The position numbers were made by a program, and so were the translations under genes. A DNA stretch of 64,000 nucleotides, taken from positions 14,707 to 78,706 of the forward strand of contig NW_021833226.1 of the NCBI RefSeq assembly GCF_006345805.1, written 5' to 3'. Below are positions 50,001 to 62,809 of this stretch, piece by piece. How positions within the stretch are numbered: the first letter of the stretch is position 1; every line of letters starts with the position of its first letter. Under the pieces are notes generated by a model. The model saw only the letters and a program-made list of their open reading frames with translations. It made no database searches and was not told the DNA's origin. Source of the DNA: Octopus sinensis. Its lineage: Eukaryota.

Positions 50001-53000
50001 TGTCGTAAAATTTCGTCGAAAACTTCCTGGGAAGTTCCGATAATTTTCTATATTCCGGAAAATTTGGTCGAAAACTGCCTTGGAAAGGTTATTGTAAAAA
50101 CCGCGAAGTTTGGTCGAAAATCTCCTGGGAAATTCCGAGGATTTTCAAACTTCTGGTCGAAAATTTCCTGGAAAGTTCCGATGATTTTCTAACCTTTGGC
50201 AAATTCGATCGAAAACTTCCAGGGGAATTCCGAGGATTTTCTAAAGTCCGGGAAGTTTGGTCGAAAATCTCCCGGGAAATTCCGGGTATTTTCGATCTTT
50301 CGGGAAATTTGGTCGAAAACTTATTGGGAAGATCCGAGGATTTTCTAACCTCCGGGAAATTTGGTCGAAAACTTCCTGGGAAGTGCCGATGATTGTGTAA
50401 CTTCCAGGAAATTTGGTCGAAAACTGCCTTGGAAATTCCAAGGATTTTCTAATTCCGAGAAGTCTGGTCGATCATTTCCTGGGAAAATACGAGGATTTTG
50501 TAGCTGTCGTGTAATTTGGTGGAAAACTTCATGGGAATTCGGAGAATTTTCGAACTTCTGAGAAATTTGGTCGAAAACTTCCTGGGAAGTTTCAAGCATT
50601 TTCTAGCATCCGGGAAGTTTGGTCAAAAACCGTCTAGGAAGTTCAGATATTATCTAATTTGCGGCAAGTTTGGTCGAAAGCCGCCTAGAAAGTTCCGACG
50701 ATTTTCTAACTTTTGGGAAATCTGATCGAAAACTTCCGAGGATTTTCTAACGTCCGGGAATTTTGGTCGAACATTTCCTGGGAAATTCCGGGGATTTTCG
50801 ATATTCCAATAAATTTGGTCGAAAACTTATTGGGAAGATCCGAGGATATTCTAACCTCCGGGAAAATTGTTCGAAAACTTCCTGGGAAGTGCCGATGATT
50901 GTGTAACTTCCGGGAATTTTCTAACTGTCGTAAAATTTGGTGGAAAATATCTTGGGAAATTCCAAGGATTTTCTAACGCCCTGGAAGTTTGGTCGAAAAT
51001 TTCCTGCAAAGTTCCGAGGATATCTAACTTTCGGGAAATTTGGTCGAAAACTGCCTTGGAAATTCCGAGGATTTTCTAACTCTCATGAAACTTGGTCGAA
51101 AAGTTCTTGGGACGTTCTGAGGATTTTCGATCTTCCGAGAAATTTGGTCGAAATCTTCCTGAGAAGTTTCAAGGATTTTTTAGCATCCAGTAAGTTTGGT
51201 CGAAACCCGTCTGGGAAGTTCGGATATAATCTAACTTCCGGGAAGTTTGGTTGAAAACCGCCTGGAAAGTGCCGATGATTGTCTAACTTCCGGGAAATTT
51301 GGTAGAAAACTGCCATGGAAATTCGGGGAAGTTTGGTCGAAAATTTCATGGGAAATTCCGAGGATTTTCTCGTAAAATGTCGTCGAAAACTTCCTGGGAA
51401 GTTCCGATAATTTTCTATATTCAGGGAAATCTGGTCGAAAACTGCCTTGGAAATACCAAGGATATTCTAACCGCGAAGTTTGGTCGAAAATTTTCAGGGA
51501 AATTCCAAGGATTTTCTAACGCCCGAGAAGTTTGGTCGAAATTTTCATGGGAAATTCCGAGGATTTTCAAACCTCTGGGAAGTTTGGTCGAAAATTTTCT
51601 GGAAAGTCCCGATGATTTTCTAACCTTTGGCAAATTCGATCGAAAACTTCCAGGGAAATTCCGAGGATTTTCTAACGTCCGGGATGTTTGGTCGAAAATT
51701 GCCTGGGAAATTCCGGGTAATTTCGATCTCTCAGGAAATTTGGTCGAAAACTTATTGGGATGAAGATCGAGGATTTTCTAACCTCCGGGAAATTGGTAAA
51801 AACTTCTGGGAGTGCCGATGATGTGTGTGTAAGGAAATTTTGTCGAAAACTGCCTTGGAATTTCCAAGGATTTTCTAATTCCGGGAAGTCTGGTCGAAAA
51901 TTTCCTGGGTAAATACGAGGATTTTCTAGCTGTCGTGAAATTTGGTCGAAAACTTCATGGAAAGTTCCGAGGATTTTCGAACTTCTGAGAAATTTGGTCG
52001 AAAACTTCCTGGGAAGTTTCAAGCATTTTCTAGCATCCGGGAAGTTTGGTCAAAAACCGTCTGGGAAGTTTCGATTTTATCTAATTTCCGGCAAGTTTGG
52101 TCGAAAGCCGCCTGGAAAGTTCCGACGATTTTCTAACTTTTGGGAAATCTGATCGAAAACTTTCGAGGATTTTCTAACGTCCGGGAAGTTTGGTCGAAAA
52201 TTTCATGGGAAATTCCGGGGATTCTCGATATTCCAATAAATTTGGTCGAAAACTTATTGGGAAGATCCGAGGATTTTCTAACCTCCGGGAAATTTGTTCA
52301 AAAACTTCCTGGGAAGTACCGATGATTGTGTAACTTCCGGGAAGTTTGGTCGAAAATTTCCTGCGAAATTCCGCGGATTTTCTAACTGTCGTAAAATTTG
52401 GTCGAAAATATCCTGGGAAATTCCAAGGATTTTCTAACGCCCTGGAAGTTTGCTCGAAAATTTCCTGGAAAATTCCGAGGATTTCTAACTTTCGGGAAAT
52501 TTGGTCGAAAACTGCCTTGGAAATTCCGAGGATTTTCTAACTGTCATGAAACTTGGTCGAAAAGTTCCTGGGATGTTCTGAGGATTTTCGATCTTCCGAG
52601 AAATTTGGTCGAAAACCTCCTGGCAAGTTCCAAGGATTTTTTTTAGCATCCAGGATGTTTGGTCGAAACCCCTCTGGGAAGTTCGGATATAATGTAACTT
52701 CCGGGAAGTTTGGTCGAAAACCGCCTGGAAAGTGCCGATGATTGTCTAACTTCCGGGAAATTTGGTCGAAAACTTCCTTGGAAATTTTAAGGATTTTTCT
52801 ATCTTCCGGGAAGTTTGGTCGAAAATTTCCTGGGAAATTCCGAGGATTTTCTCACTGTCGTTAAATTTGGTCGAAAAGTTCCTGGAAAGTTCCGAGGATT
52901 TCTAACTTTCGGGAAATTTGGTCGAAAACTGCCTTGGAAATTCCGAGGATTTTCTAACTGTCATGAAACTTGGTCGAAAAGTTCCTGGGACGTTCTGAGG

Positions 53001-53420
53001 ATTTTTGATCTTCCGAGAAATTTGGTCGAAAACTTCCTGGGAAGTTCCAAGGATTCTTTAGCTTCCAGGAAGTTTGGTCCAAACCCGTCTGGGAAGTTTG
53101 GAAATAATCTAACTTCCGGGAAGTTTGGTTGAAAACCGCCTGGAAAGTGCCAATGATTGTCTAACTTCCGGGAAATTTGATCGAAAACTTCCTTGGAAAT
53201 TTTAAGGATTTTCTATCTTCCGGGAAGTTTGGTCGAAAATTTCCTGGGAAAATTCCGAGGATTTTCTCACTCTCGTTAAATTTGGTCGAAAAGTTCGTGG
53301 GAAGTTCCGAGGATTTTCTATTTTCCTGGAAATCTGGTCGAAAACCTCCTGGGAAGTTTCAAGGATTTTCTAGCATCCGGGAGGTTTGGTCCAAAACCGC
53401 CTGGGAAGTTCGGATATAAT
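47041..53420. repeat. 52-bp satellite, about 120 monomers, 6.4 kb, with higher-order structure
   Basis: Consensus approximately AACTTCCGGGAAGTTTGGTCGAAAA(T/C)TTCCTGGGAAATTCCGAGGATTTTCT; the GTC of the GTCGAAA motif recurs at 47848, 47900, 47952 (variant GTCCAAA) and 48004. Confidence 0.97.
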
Positions 53421-53424
53421 GACA

Positions 53425-53575
53425 CAGCGGTTCGCTAAACGTGATCGATAAAATGACGTAGCGTTTCGCCATACATGATTGATAAAATGATGGTTCGACA
53501 ATCAAGATCGATAAAATAAGTTAGTGGTTCGCCAAACGATATCGATAAAATGACGTAGCGTTTCACCAAACATTT
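53425..53575. repeat. Degenerate ~33-bp minisatellite abutting the satellite
   Basis: GGTTCGCCAAAC..GATCGATAAAATGACGTAGC-like units, about 4.5 copies. Confidence 0.8.
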
Positions 53576-53631
53576 TTAAGGATTTAAGGATTTACTCTCT
53601 TTCACTCTTTCTATTTTCATCACTCTGTGCG

Positions 53632-53691
<60 letters not shown>

Positions 53692-54274
53692 TGTGTTCAT
53701 GTACTCATATATGTACTATATACATATACCCATATAAACTCGTTGGCAGATATATATATATATATATAGATAGATAGATAGATAGATAGATAAATAGATA
53801 GATTAAATAGATAGATAGATAGATAGACAGATAGGTAGAGAGATAGATAGATAGACATGGATAGATAAGATAAATAGATAGGTAGATAGATAGATACATA
53901 CATACATATATATATACAGATATATATATACATACATATATATACATATATATACATATACATATATATATATGAGTGATGAAAAGGGAAAAGTGAGAGA
54001 GAGTTAAAGAGAGTGAGTGAGAGAGAGAGAGCTAGAGAAAGAGAGAGAGAGTTGTTAGAGAAGTGGAAGACCGTTCATAATCCCAACAATGAAGTCTTGC
54101 CAACAAGAAATTTTTCCACCACAGTTTCCTCAACTTGTATTGTTGTGCTTTCCTTTCCTTTCATTCCCCCCCCCCGACACATACGTTTCCGACACCTTCC
54201 CCCCATTCATCTTCCTATTCTGACAAATAATCATAACCCCTCTACCCCCTCCACTATCACGATATCTACTACAG

Positions 54275-54670
54275 CCATCGCCGCCGCCGCCACCACCACC
54301 ACCACCACCACCAGCACCAGCACCAGCACCAGCACCAGCACCACCTCCGCCGTCGCCACCATCACCACCACCACCACCACCACCACAACCACCACCACCA
54401 CCACCACCACCACCACAACCTCCGCCAACACCGCCACGCCGCCGCCGCCGTCCACCACCACCACCACCACAACCACCACCACCACCACCACCACCACCGC
54501 AGCAGCAGCATCGCCCCCGCCACCACCACCGCCACCACCACCGCCACCACCACCACCACCTCCGCCGCCGCCGCCACCACCACCACCAACCATCACATCG
54601 CCAACGCCGCCGCCGCCGCCGCCGCCACACCACCACCACCACCACCACCACCACCACCACGACTACCATC
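54275..54670. repeat. (ACC/GCC/AGC)n trinucleotide tract
   Basis: Directly visible. Confidence 0.95.
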
Positions 54671-55157
54671 ACGTCTCACCATTCTGTTAAAAGAGTGGAG
54701 CGGCAGCGATGTGGTGCACTGGTTTGATGGTTAGGTGCGTGCGTGTGTATGTGTGTGTGTGCTTGATCGCATATGTGAGTATGTATGAGAATATATATAA
54801 ATGTAACCAATTCTATAAGAGTGTCAGTAATTGTATAGATATACAGCATACACATACGCTGATACACAAGCTCACCACACACACACACACGCACATATGT
54901 TGTACGAATGTATATATATATATATATTTCTCTGTGTGTGTATATATATACATATATATATATTAATAAATGAAACATATGCATATATACACATATATGT
55001 ACGTACCTACCTCTACATGTATATATATATATATATACATACTTATATATGCTCATATACATATATGTATATATATATGTGTGTGTGTATATATATACAC
55101 ATATATATGCGTATATCTATAGGTATGTATCTATATGTGTATATATATATATGTATG

Positions 55158-55228
<71 letters not shown>

Positions 55229-56411
55229 CATTAAACATCATTATTAACCTTATATATCTACACCAGTTTAAGCTCACTCGTGTGAGTATACTTGGATAAA
55301 CTACAATATACTCAAACATTACGCGAGATATGTGTTTTATGTAATCACACAAGCATTTATGTATACACATTAAAAATATACTTTCTCTTGCATTCGTATA
55401 CACATCTATGCATACCCAGCGCGGGTGGCTTGATGTACTTCGGAATGAATGAAATATATTATCTGGTCACACTTGAACAAGAAATGCGTTACCAAAGAAT
55501 ATTTCACCCAGATGAAAAAACATCCTTCTCTAGGCTCTTTGCATTCAATAAACCGGTGGTCTGCAATATGTTTGCTCTGCCTACTTTCTTCATATCGTTA
55601 TTATGGCTTCTCGACTGAAGAAATCTGTTTCATTGATACTAAAACGGTAAAACTAATAACCACTAGCAGAAATTTCCACATTAAAAGTGTTATTGACTGT
55701 ATCTACTTGAAGAAATCGATGAGGGACTTCACGTTAATCTAAAGGGCAATTGAATATCGCATCATATTGCTTCAACAGCACTTGCTAAATAAAATAAAAA
55801 GATGTCAAAATGCATTCATGAATCAAATTTGTGTACATGAGCTAAATAGCAACTTGAATGTTGGAAAGGCGCTAATCGGGAAGTATTCCCTGACTGGTGA
55901 CCAGGCATGCGCAAACAAAGGAAATGAACGAACTCTGTCGCCATTGTACATTGGAATCTGTAAACACACATATTTATGCATATCAAACAGAAAATCTTGT
56001 AGAGCTGTGTTGTCAGAAGACTTCATAGTGACAGCAAAAGAGATAACCATACATGTCTAACTTCGAACAACAATTGTTAAAATAAATTCTCGCTTTGAAC
56101 GATATGATTTTTGCAATCTTGTTATCGGTCGTAATAACATATACTATGTACGAAAATAATAGTAGTACAATTCAAATGCGTAACTGTGACAATCGAAGCA
56201 GACCCTGGGGGAATTTACATCGTAGATGTTATCCACATGATATGGATAAACATCTCTCTGGAAATGCTAACATGAGATTATCTATCTACCAGGCTCGATA
56301 TAATGGTTTAAAAGGAAACAAAACAAACTAAAAACTATACAGTGCAATTCGCTGATAGAATAAGGCATTGATTTTGAGGAAACCAAAAGACAATCCGAAA
56401 GGACGCAACTA

Positions 56412-56500
<89 letters not shown>

Positions 56501-56569
56501 GTTCTCTAGTTAGCTATTTAGATAGATATACATGCATACATATATATTTGTGCGTGTGTGTGTGTGTGT

Positions 56570-56940
56570 ATGTGGAGTCGCAATGGACTATTGGTTAGGG
56601 CAGCGGACTCGCGGTCGTGGGATCACGGTTTCGATTCCAAGACCGGGCGTTGTGAGAGTTTATAGAGCGAAAACACCTAAAGCTCCACGAGGCCACGGAA
56701 GGGAGTGCTGGCGAACTCTGCTGTACTCTTTCACTATAACGTTCTCTCACTCTTTCTTCCTGTTTCTGTTGTACCTGTATTTCAAAGGGCCAGCCTTGTC
56801 ACACTGAATCTCCCCGAGAACTATGTTAAGAGTACACGTGTCTGTGGCGTGCTCAGCCACTTGCACGTTAATTTCACGACCAGCTTTTCCGTTGATCGGA
56901 TCAACTGGAACCCTCGTCATCGCAACCGACTGAGTGCCAC
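56570..56940 (+). mobile_element. Family C tRNA-SINE
   Basis: GCAATGGACTATTGGTTAGGGCAGCGGACTCGCGG...GGTTTCGATTCC; tail GATCAACTGGAACCCTCGTCATCGCAACCGAC. Confidence 0.9.
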
Positions 56941-56941
56941 G

Positions 56942-57045
<104 letters not shown>

Positions 57046-57529
57046 GTGTACACACACATATATATAATCATACTATATATATATAGTTACTTTAATGCAT
57101 TCATATACACGTACACGTATGCACTCATATATATTCAGTTATATATAAATGTGTGTGTGTGGGGGGGGGGGTGCACGCGCGCTCTTATGTGCGAGTACGT
57201 GCGAATGGGTATGTAAATACATTTATGTACTGAGACACCCACTCGCACACACTAGCATTCCCCAAAATGAATACAAATATATTATTACATACACACAACA
57301 CATATACACACACTGACGTATAGAGGCATTCACTTCCCACCCTCTGTGTTCCAGTAAATCTGAAATAATGCCAAAATGGTTGAGAAAGAAATATTTTTAA
57401 TCAAACAATTGATGATATATCATTTTATATATATATCACTTTGTTACTGAATGTTCTTAAAAAATAACCAATATTATTTCTTTCATTAACCCTCTCTCGG
57501 TGTCTTTCTCTTTATAATATATATATATG

Positions 57530-57565
<36 letters not shown>

Positions 57566-57574
57566 AAAGTAATT

Positions 57575-57945
57575 AAGATTCAAGTGAGTTCTGTTGAATT
57601 CACATGAATGAGGTACTTAACTTAGATGCACCAGAAATCTATATGGTATTAACCATAAGATAATGCGGGGTGATTATAAGCAAGAAAAAAGCAACAAAAA
57701 TTGATCAATATTTCGGTACAATTGTTTCGTACGAAGACCACCTTTATTAAGGCTGCAAATATTGCAGCAAATACACGTTTCATGAGTGTAGCCTCACCCC
57801 CTTAGATGTTTTGAGAACTCAGATGTTTTTTCGGCTGATGAGTACGGGTCACGTGTATTTGCTGCAATATTTGCAGCCTGAATAAAGGTGGTCTTCGTAC
57901 GAAACAATTGTACCGAAATATTGATCATTTTTGTTGCTTTTTGTA
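57575..57945 (+). mobile_element. Penelope-like element terminal relic with an inverted terminal segment, embedded in (TA)n
   Basis: 93-bp inverted repeat, a minimal type I hammerhead and (TA)n flanks, which is the known architecture of Penelope-like pseudo-LTRs. No RT or GIY-YIG coding sequence is visible, so the class call is an inference. Confidence 0.6.
57829..57918 (+). ncRNA. Type I hammerhead ribozyme (minimal helix III)
   Basis: TTTCGG(57829-34)-CTGATGA(57835-41)-GTACG...CGTAC(57842-46/57896-900)-GAAA(57901-04)-C-AATT-G-T-A(57912)-CCGAAA(57913-18). All core nucleotides are present, helices I and II pair, and the cleavage triplet is GUA. Confidence 0.85.
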
Positions 57946-57965
57946 ATATATATATATATATATAT

Positions 57966-58004
<39 letters not shown>

Positions 58005-58996
58005 GTATACACACTCGCAAGTACTCGCATGCAAATATGGACGTTTTTACTTACAAAAGGATGAAAGACTACACAATACATTTTTGAGATTTTAAATTCA
58101 TCGGGAAGCAGTTGTTTATTCGGTTCGTTAGTTGTCAGAGGCGGAAAGTAGTCTCTTCTAATTCACCCTATAAACTTTAAGTTGCTACAAATTTTATTTG
58201 TACTTTTAAACTCCCGTAAGGCAGTGCAGTTTTTTTTCTGAAGACACCCAAATTCCAACTACTTTTAGATGTACATGCTCTTGAGGTTAGCTAAACTTGC
58301 CTAGATAACACTACTTTCCGTATTATAGGCCACAACCAAAACCACCTGTACTTGTTCGCTGGTTGCTGAGAACGTGGCTTATAAAGCTATAAATACTTCA
58401 AAATATAGTAACCAGAGGAAGGAAATGGAACTTACCGCTAAACACTTAAAAGGACGGTATAACCAACATCCGCACTCCTTTAGGCTCAGAAGCAACGCAG
58501 ATTTCACTTCCTTACTATATCCTCGAATATTGTCGCCAGAACACCCTTCCGCCCGACTTCAGTGATTTACTTAATTGCAGATGTTCTCTGTCGGAGAAAC
58601 TGCATATCGTGAAATAGCTCGTAGTATTTCTCAATAGAAAACAGAACTAACGCTTAATTTCTGTCACATGCGAGATTTTGGTTCCAACTGACGGACTCAG
58701 AAAATTACTCTTGGGAAGCATTATTAAACATAACAAGTAAAGTTGTTCTGTTAACTAAGAAAAGTTACTGAGCTGATTCATCTCCATTCTAGTGGCACGT
58801 TCACTATCTAATAGTTCCGCAGTTCGTAGCAGTTTTTTTAAATCATGTCACATAGCTCGTTCAGTGGGGACATAGCTTACAAGAGACTTTTACGTCTGAA
58901 TGCAGCAAAGGTTTCGTGTCTATGAACCTATGAAAATTTGAGGAATAGACGATCGAGCTATTAGCAGTATATCTACAAATATATACGTTAAATAGT

Positions 58997-59322
58997 GAAG
59001 GCGCGTGGTTTAGTGGTTAGGGCATTCGACTCACAATTGTAAGGTCGTGAGTTCAATTCCCGGCGACGCGTTGTGTCCTTGAACGAGACATTTTATTTCA
59101 CGTTGCTCCAGTCCACTCAGCTGACAAAAATGAGTTGTACCTGTATTTCAAAGGGCCGGCCTTGTCACATTCTGTGTCAAGCTGAATCTCCCTGAGAACT
59201 ACGTTAAGGGTACTCGTGTCTGTGGATTGCTCAGTCACTTGCACGTTAATTTCAGGAGTAAGCTGTTCCGTTGATCGTATCAGCGGGGACCCTCGTCGTT
59301 GTAACCGACGGAGTGCTCCTTC
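58997..59322 (+). mobile_element. Chimeric SINE: family D head and middle plus family C-type tail
   Basis: Head and middle match 1610-1760; from TTGTACCTGTATTTCAAAGGGCC onward it matches 56768-56935. Confidence 0.88.
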
Positions 59323-59643
59323 ATATACGTTAAATAATTTGTATACTCTTTTTCACTGCTCCTACAATTAATTATAAGTATTTGTTGTTTGATATACCTA
59401 TCAGTTAACATATAAAATGTAAGAAGTATGAAAAGAGGAAATAAATGCTAATTGTTAATTGTTGACTAATTTTGAATTATTTCTGAAAATTTGTGAAACA
59501 ACTCCGAATACGTGTTGCTTTTATCAGGGCCTCGCCAGAGAATACGTACTTTACCGTCCTTCTCAAGATCGCTGAATAAACATACACTATAGTATGTTGC
59601 TTAGTGTAAGATTATTTAGAGAATTAATTTCACCGACATGCCG

Positions 59644-59731
<88 letters not shown>

Positions 59732-59732
59732 C

Positions 59733-59807
<75 letters not shown>

Positions 59808-59927
59808 CATCTATCCATCCATCTCTCTCTCTTTCTCTCTCTCTCTCTCTATCTGTCTATCTATCTATCTGTCTATCTATCTATCTATCTGTCTATCTAT
59901 CTATCTGTCTATCTATCTATCTATTTA

Positions 59928-59982
<55 letters not shown>

Positions 59983-60000
59983 TTATCAGTCTGTCTATCT
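59644..60000. repeat. (CTAT)n/(CT)n compound microsatellite
   Basis: Directly visible. Confidence 0.97.
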
Positions 60001-60717
60001 GTTTAGCTTTATGTATGTATGTGTATGTATGTATGTAACAATCTATCTATACATGTATGTATAATTATGTTATGTAAATAATCAGTTGTGTTAATGCTGT
60101 GTAGTGTAAATAACGTATCGTATAAAATGCTGTGTTGTATAACTGGTGTGTGATGTAAATAGCGTGTTAATGCTGTGCTGTATAAATTGTCTGCTGTGCA
60201 ACTGGTATTTTATGCAAATGTTGTGTTATGCAAAGTATGTTGCGCAAATAGTGTGTTATGCAAATGATGTGTAAATTGTGTGCTGTGTCACTCGGTGCAA
60301 CTGCAAGACAAATGATATAATGACAGTTTAGGAAGTAGGTGGCAGACGATCAACTCTGACAATCCCATAGTGCTTTTGCGTTGACGTCATAAGAAGAACT
60401 CTGGCCTGTCTCACCACATTGTCATCTGCAATGGAGCGAGAGTAGAGCCGGAGGCCATTGCAAAACGATCTTGTTGACGTTGCATTGTGTTATTTACCTC
60501 TGAGGCTTTCGGTGTCACGACACAGAACTATGGCGATGATGATGATGATGATGATGTAGATGATGGTGTCGGTGGTAGTGGCGGTGGTGATGACGACGAT
60601 GATGATGATGATGAGGAGGAGGTAGAAGAGGAAACCGAGGACAATGGCGCTGCTACTGATGATCACATGTGCAGTATGGTTGTGGATGCGAAAGTTAGTT
60701 TATGTGTGCTCGAATAT

Positions 60718-60761
<44 letters not shown>

Positions 60762-60772
60762 TACATAATATT

Positions 60773-60803
<31 letters not shown>

Positions 60804-60826
60804 TATAGTAACATATTATATAGATA

Positions 60827-60944
<118 letters not shown>

Positions 60945-60996
60945 TATATATATATATATATATAAATATTATGTATAATTTATATATATGTATATG

Positions 60997-61043
<47 letters not shown>

Positions 61044-61701
61044 ATATGTTTGTGTGTATATATATATATATATTCGAGCATTCACGTGTGTATAAATGTG
61101 CACATTTCGTGTGTGTATAAGTAGTAGTGGGCAACTGCGCATATGGCGATATGTGCGCGCGTGTGTATGTGTATGTATGTGTGTGTATGTACGTGTATGT
61201 ACGTGTATGTATGTACGTGTATGCATGTACGTATGTATATGTACGTATGTGTATGTACGTGCGCGGACAAGCGGGTGAGCGCGTGGGTGCACGTGGGGGC
61301 TGCCTGTGTGTTTGTGTTTGTAAGTGCATTTGCGTGTGCATATGCGCCTATCTGTCTGTAAGTGAATCTATAAATATGTGTGTGTGTGTGTGTTTGTGTA
61401 AGTGTCTATGTGTTTGTCGTATGAGCCTGTTAGTCTGTAAGTGTGTGTGTGTATATGTTGAAGCAGCCTGCGTGGAACTGCATCTACCGATTATTATGAC
61501 GGATCTCCGAGACCCTAGAAACAGCTGTTGGACTTATGACTGCTTACCTCCTCCTCCCCTTTAATTTTCTCTATCGTTTCTATTCTGTGTAAGTTTGATC
61601 TATTAATATAAATATCGATATATCTATATTTAAATATTCATCGTCTGAAACTCATCAGTTTGTCCTTCCTTTCGTTTTGCATGTACACACACGCACACAC
61701 A

Positions 61702-61750
<49 letters not shown>

Positions 61751-61775
61751 GCACGCACACGCACTTACACACGCA

Positions 61776-61839
<64 letters not shown>

Positions 61840-61870
61840 AATGTAATATGTGACAATTATTCGGTAGCCA

Positions 61871-61933
61871 AGATAAAACTCTGAGTTTCGGATGCCGAGG
61901 TGGAAATCCACACCAATATCTCTTCAGTTATCC
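61871..61933 (-). ncRNA. Candidate type I hammerhead ribozyme (imperfect helix II)
   Basis: Minus strand: GGATAA-CTGAAGA-GAT...ATCC-GAAA-C-TCAGA-G-T-T-TTATCT. Helix I has 6 bp including one GU; helix II needs a bulged C. Confidence 0.55.
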
Positions 61934-62077
61934 GGTCATCGGAAAAACTCTATGAAAAATGACCGTATAACAAAGGGAAATTACTGTGTTATTGACCGCT
62001 ATTTAGACAAAAGAGCTATTCCTCTATTTACATAACATCGAGGTCTCTTTCTGTCTTTTTTTATCTTATCGTTTTTA

Positions 62078-62123
<46 letters not shown>

Positions 62124-62760
62124 ATATCAAACCAAAGCTGTTATATTTGCTTAGTTTATCCGCATAGTTGTCTCCATAAGTGTAAGAAGTAGTATGTAGC
62201 AGTCACTTTTACCTCAACAGAGAGACTGTGCCTCTTATATTGTTGATGTTAAGTAAAACAGCTGTAGGAGGGTGTCTATAGGAAACTATGGAAAGGGGCA
62301 GAATTTCATAGGGTTAGGCTTATAGTTCAAAGGATCAACGAATGGTAGACAATGCTTAGTAAAGGATTTGGTTACAACAGTAGAGAAGTATTTGCCGGAA
62401 TAGAAGAGATAAATACGATGCAGTTGAAGGAAATAAAGATGGTCGTATAATGAAAGATGAAAGGCGAAGAAACAACTCGTGAGCCAGCGTGAATAAAGCG
62501 CGTTGGTGAATGGATCTTTATTAATTATTTGGACGGGCTTCTTTCGATGGGGGTCGAGAATGCTCAGATGTATCCTCGTCGTCGTCGTCATCGTCATCAT
62601 CATCATCATCGTCATTATCATCATCATCACGTCATTCCTAGTTCGTTTCTACTGCACGGACACTGGGCAAATGACTTTCATCATAATCTCGGATTAACCC
62701 AAAACTTCGCAAATAGAATTTGATCGATAGAAACTGTGCTGAAACTTGTATACACACACA

Positions 62761-62807
<47 letters not shown>

Positions 62808-62809
62808 CT

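Noticed and set aside
47041-53420. Satellite as a CRISPR array or a repetitive coding exon (KFGRK.PGKF ORFs)
   Set aside because: Monomers are contiguous with no unique spacers and no cas genes; 52 bp is not a multiple of 3 and stops recur.
54013-54690. 225-aa ORF with a short unique N-terminal part
   Set aside because: Starts in (GA)n and is mostly an ACC/GCC tract; the unique part has no recognisable motif.
56223-56254. 12-bp hairpin AGATGTTATCCA/TGGATAAACATCT as a miRNA precursor
   Set aside because: The stem is too short for a pre-miRNA.
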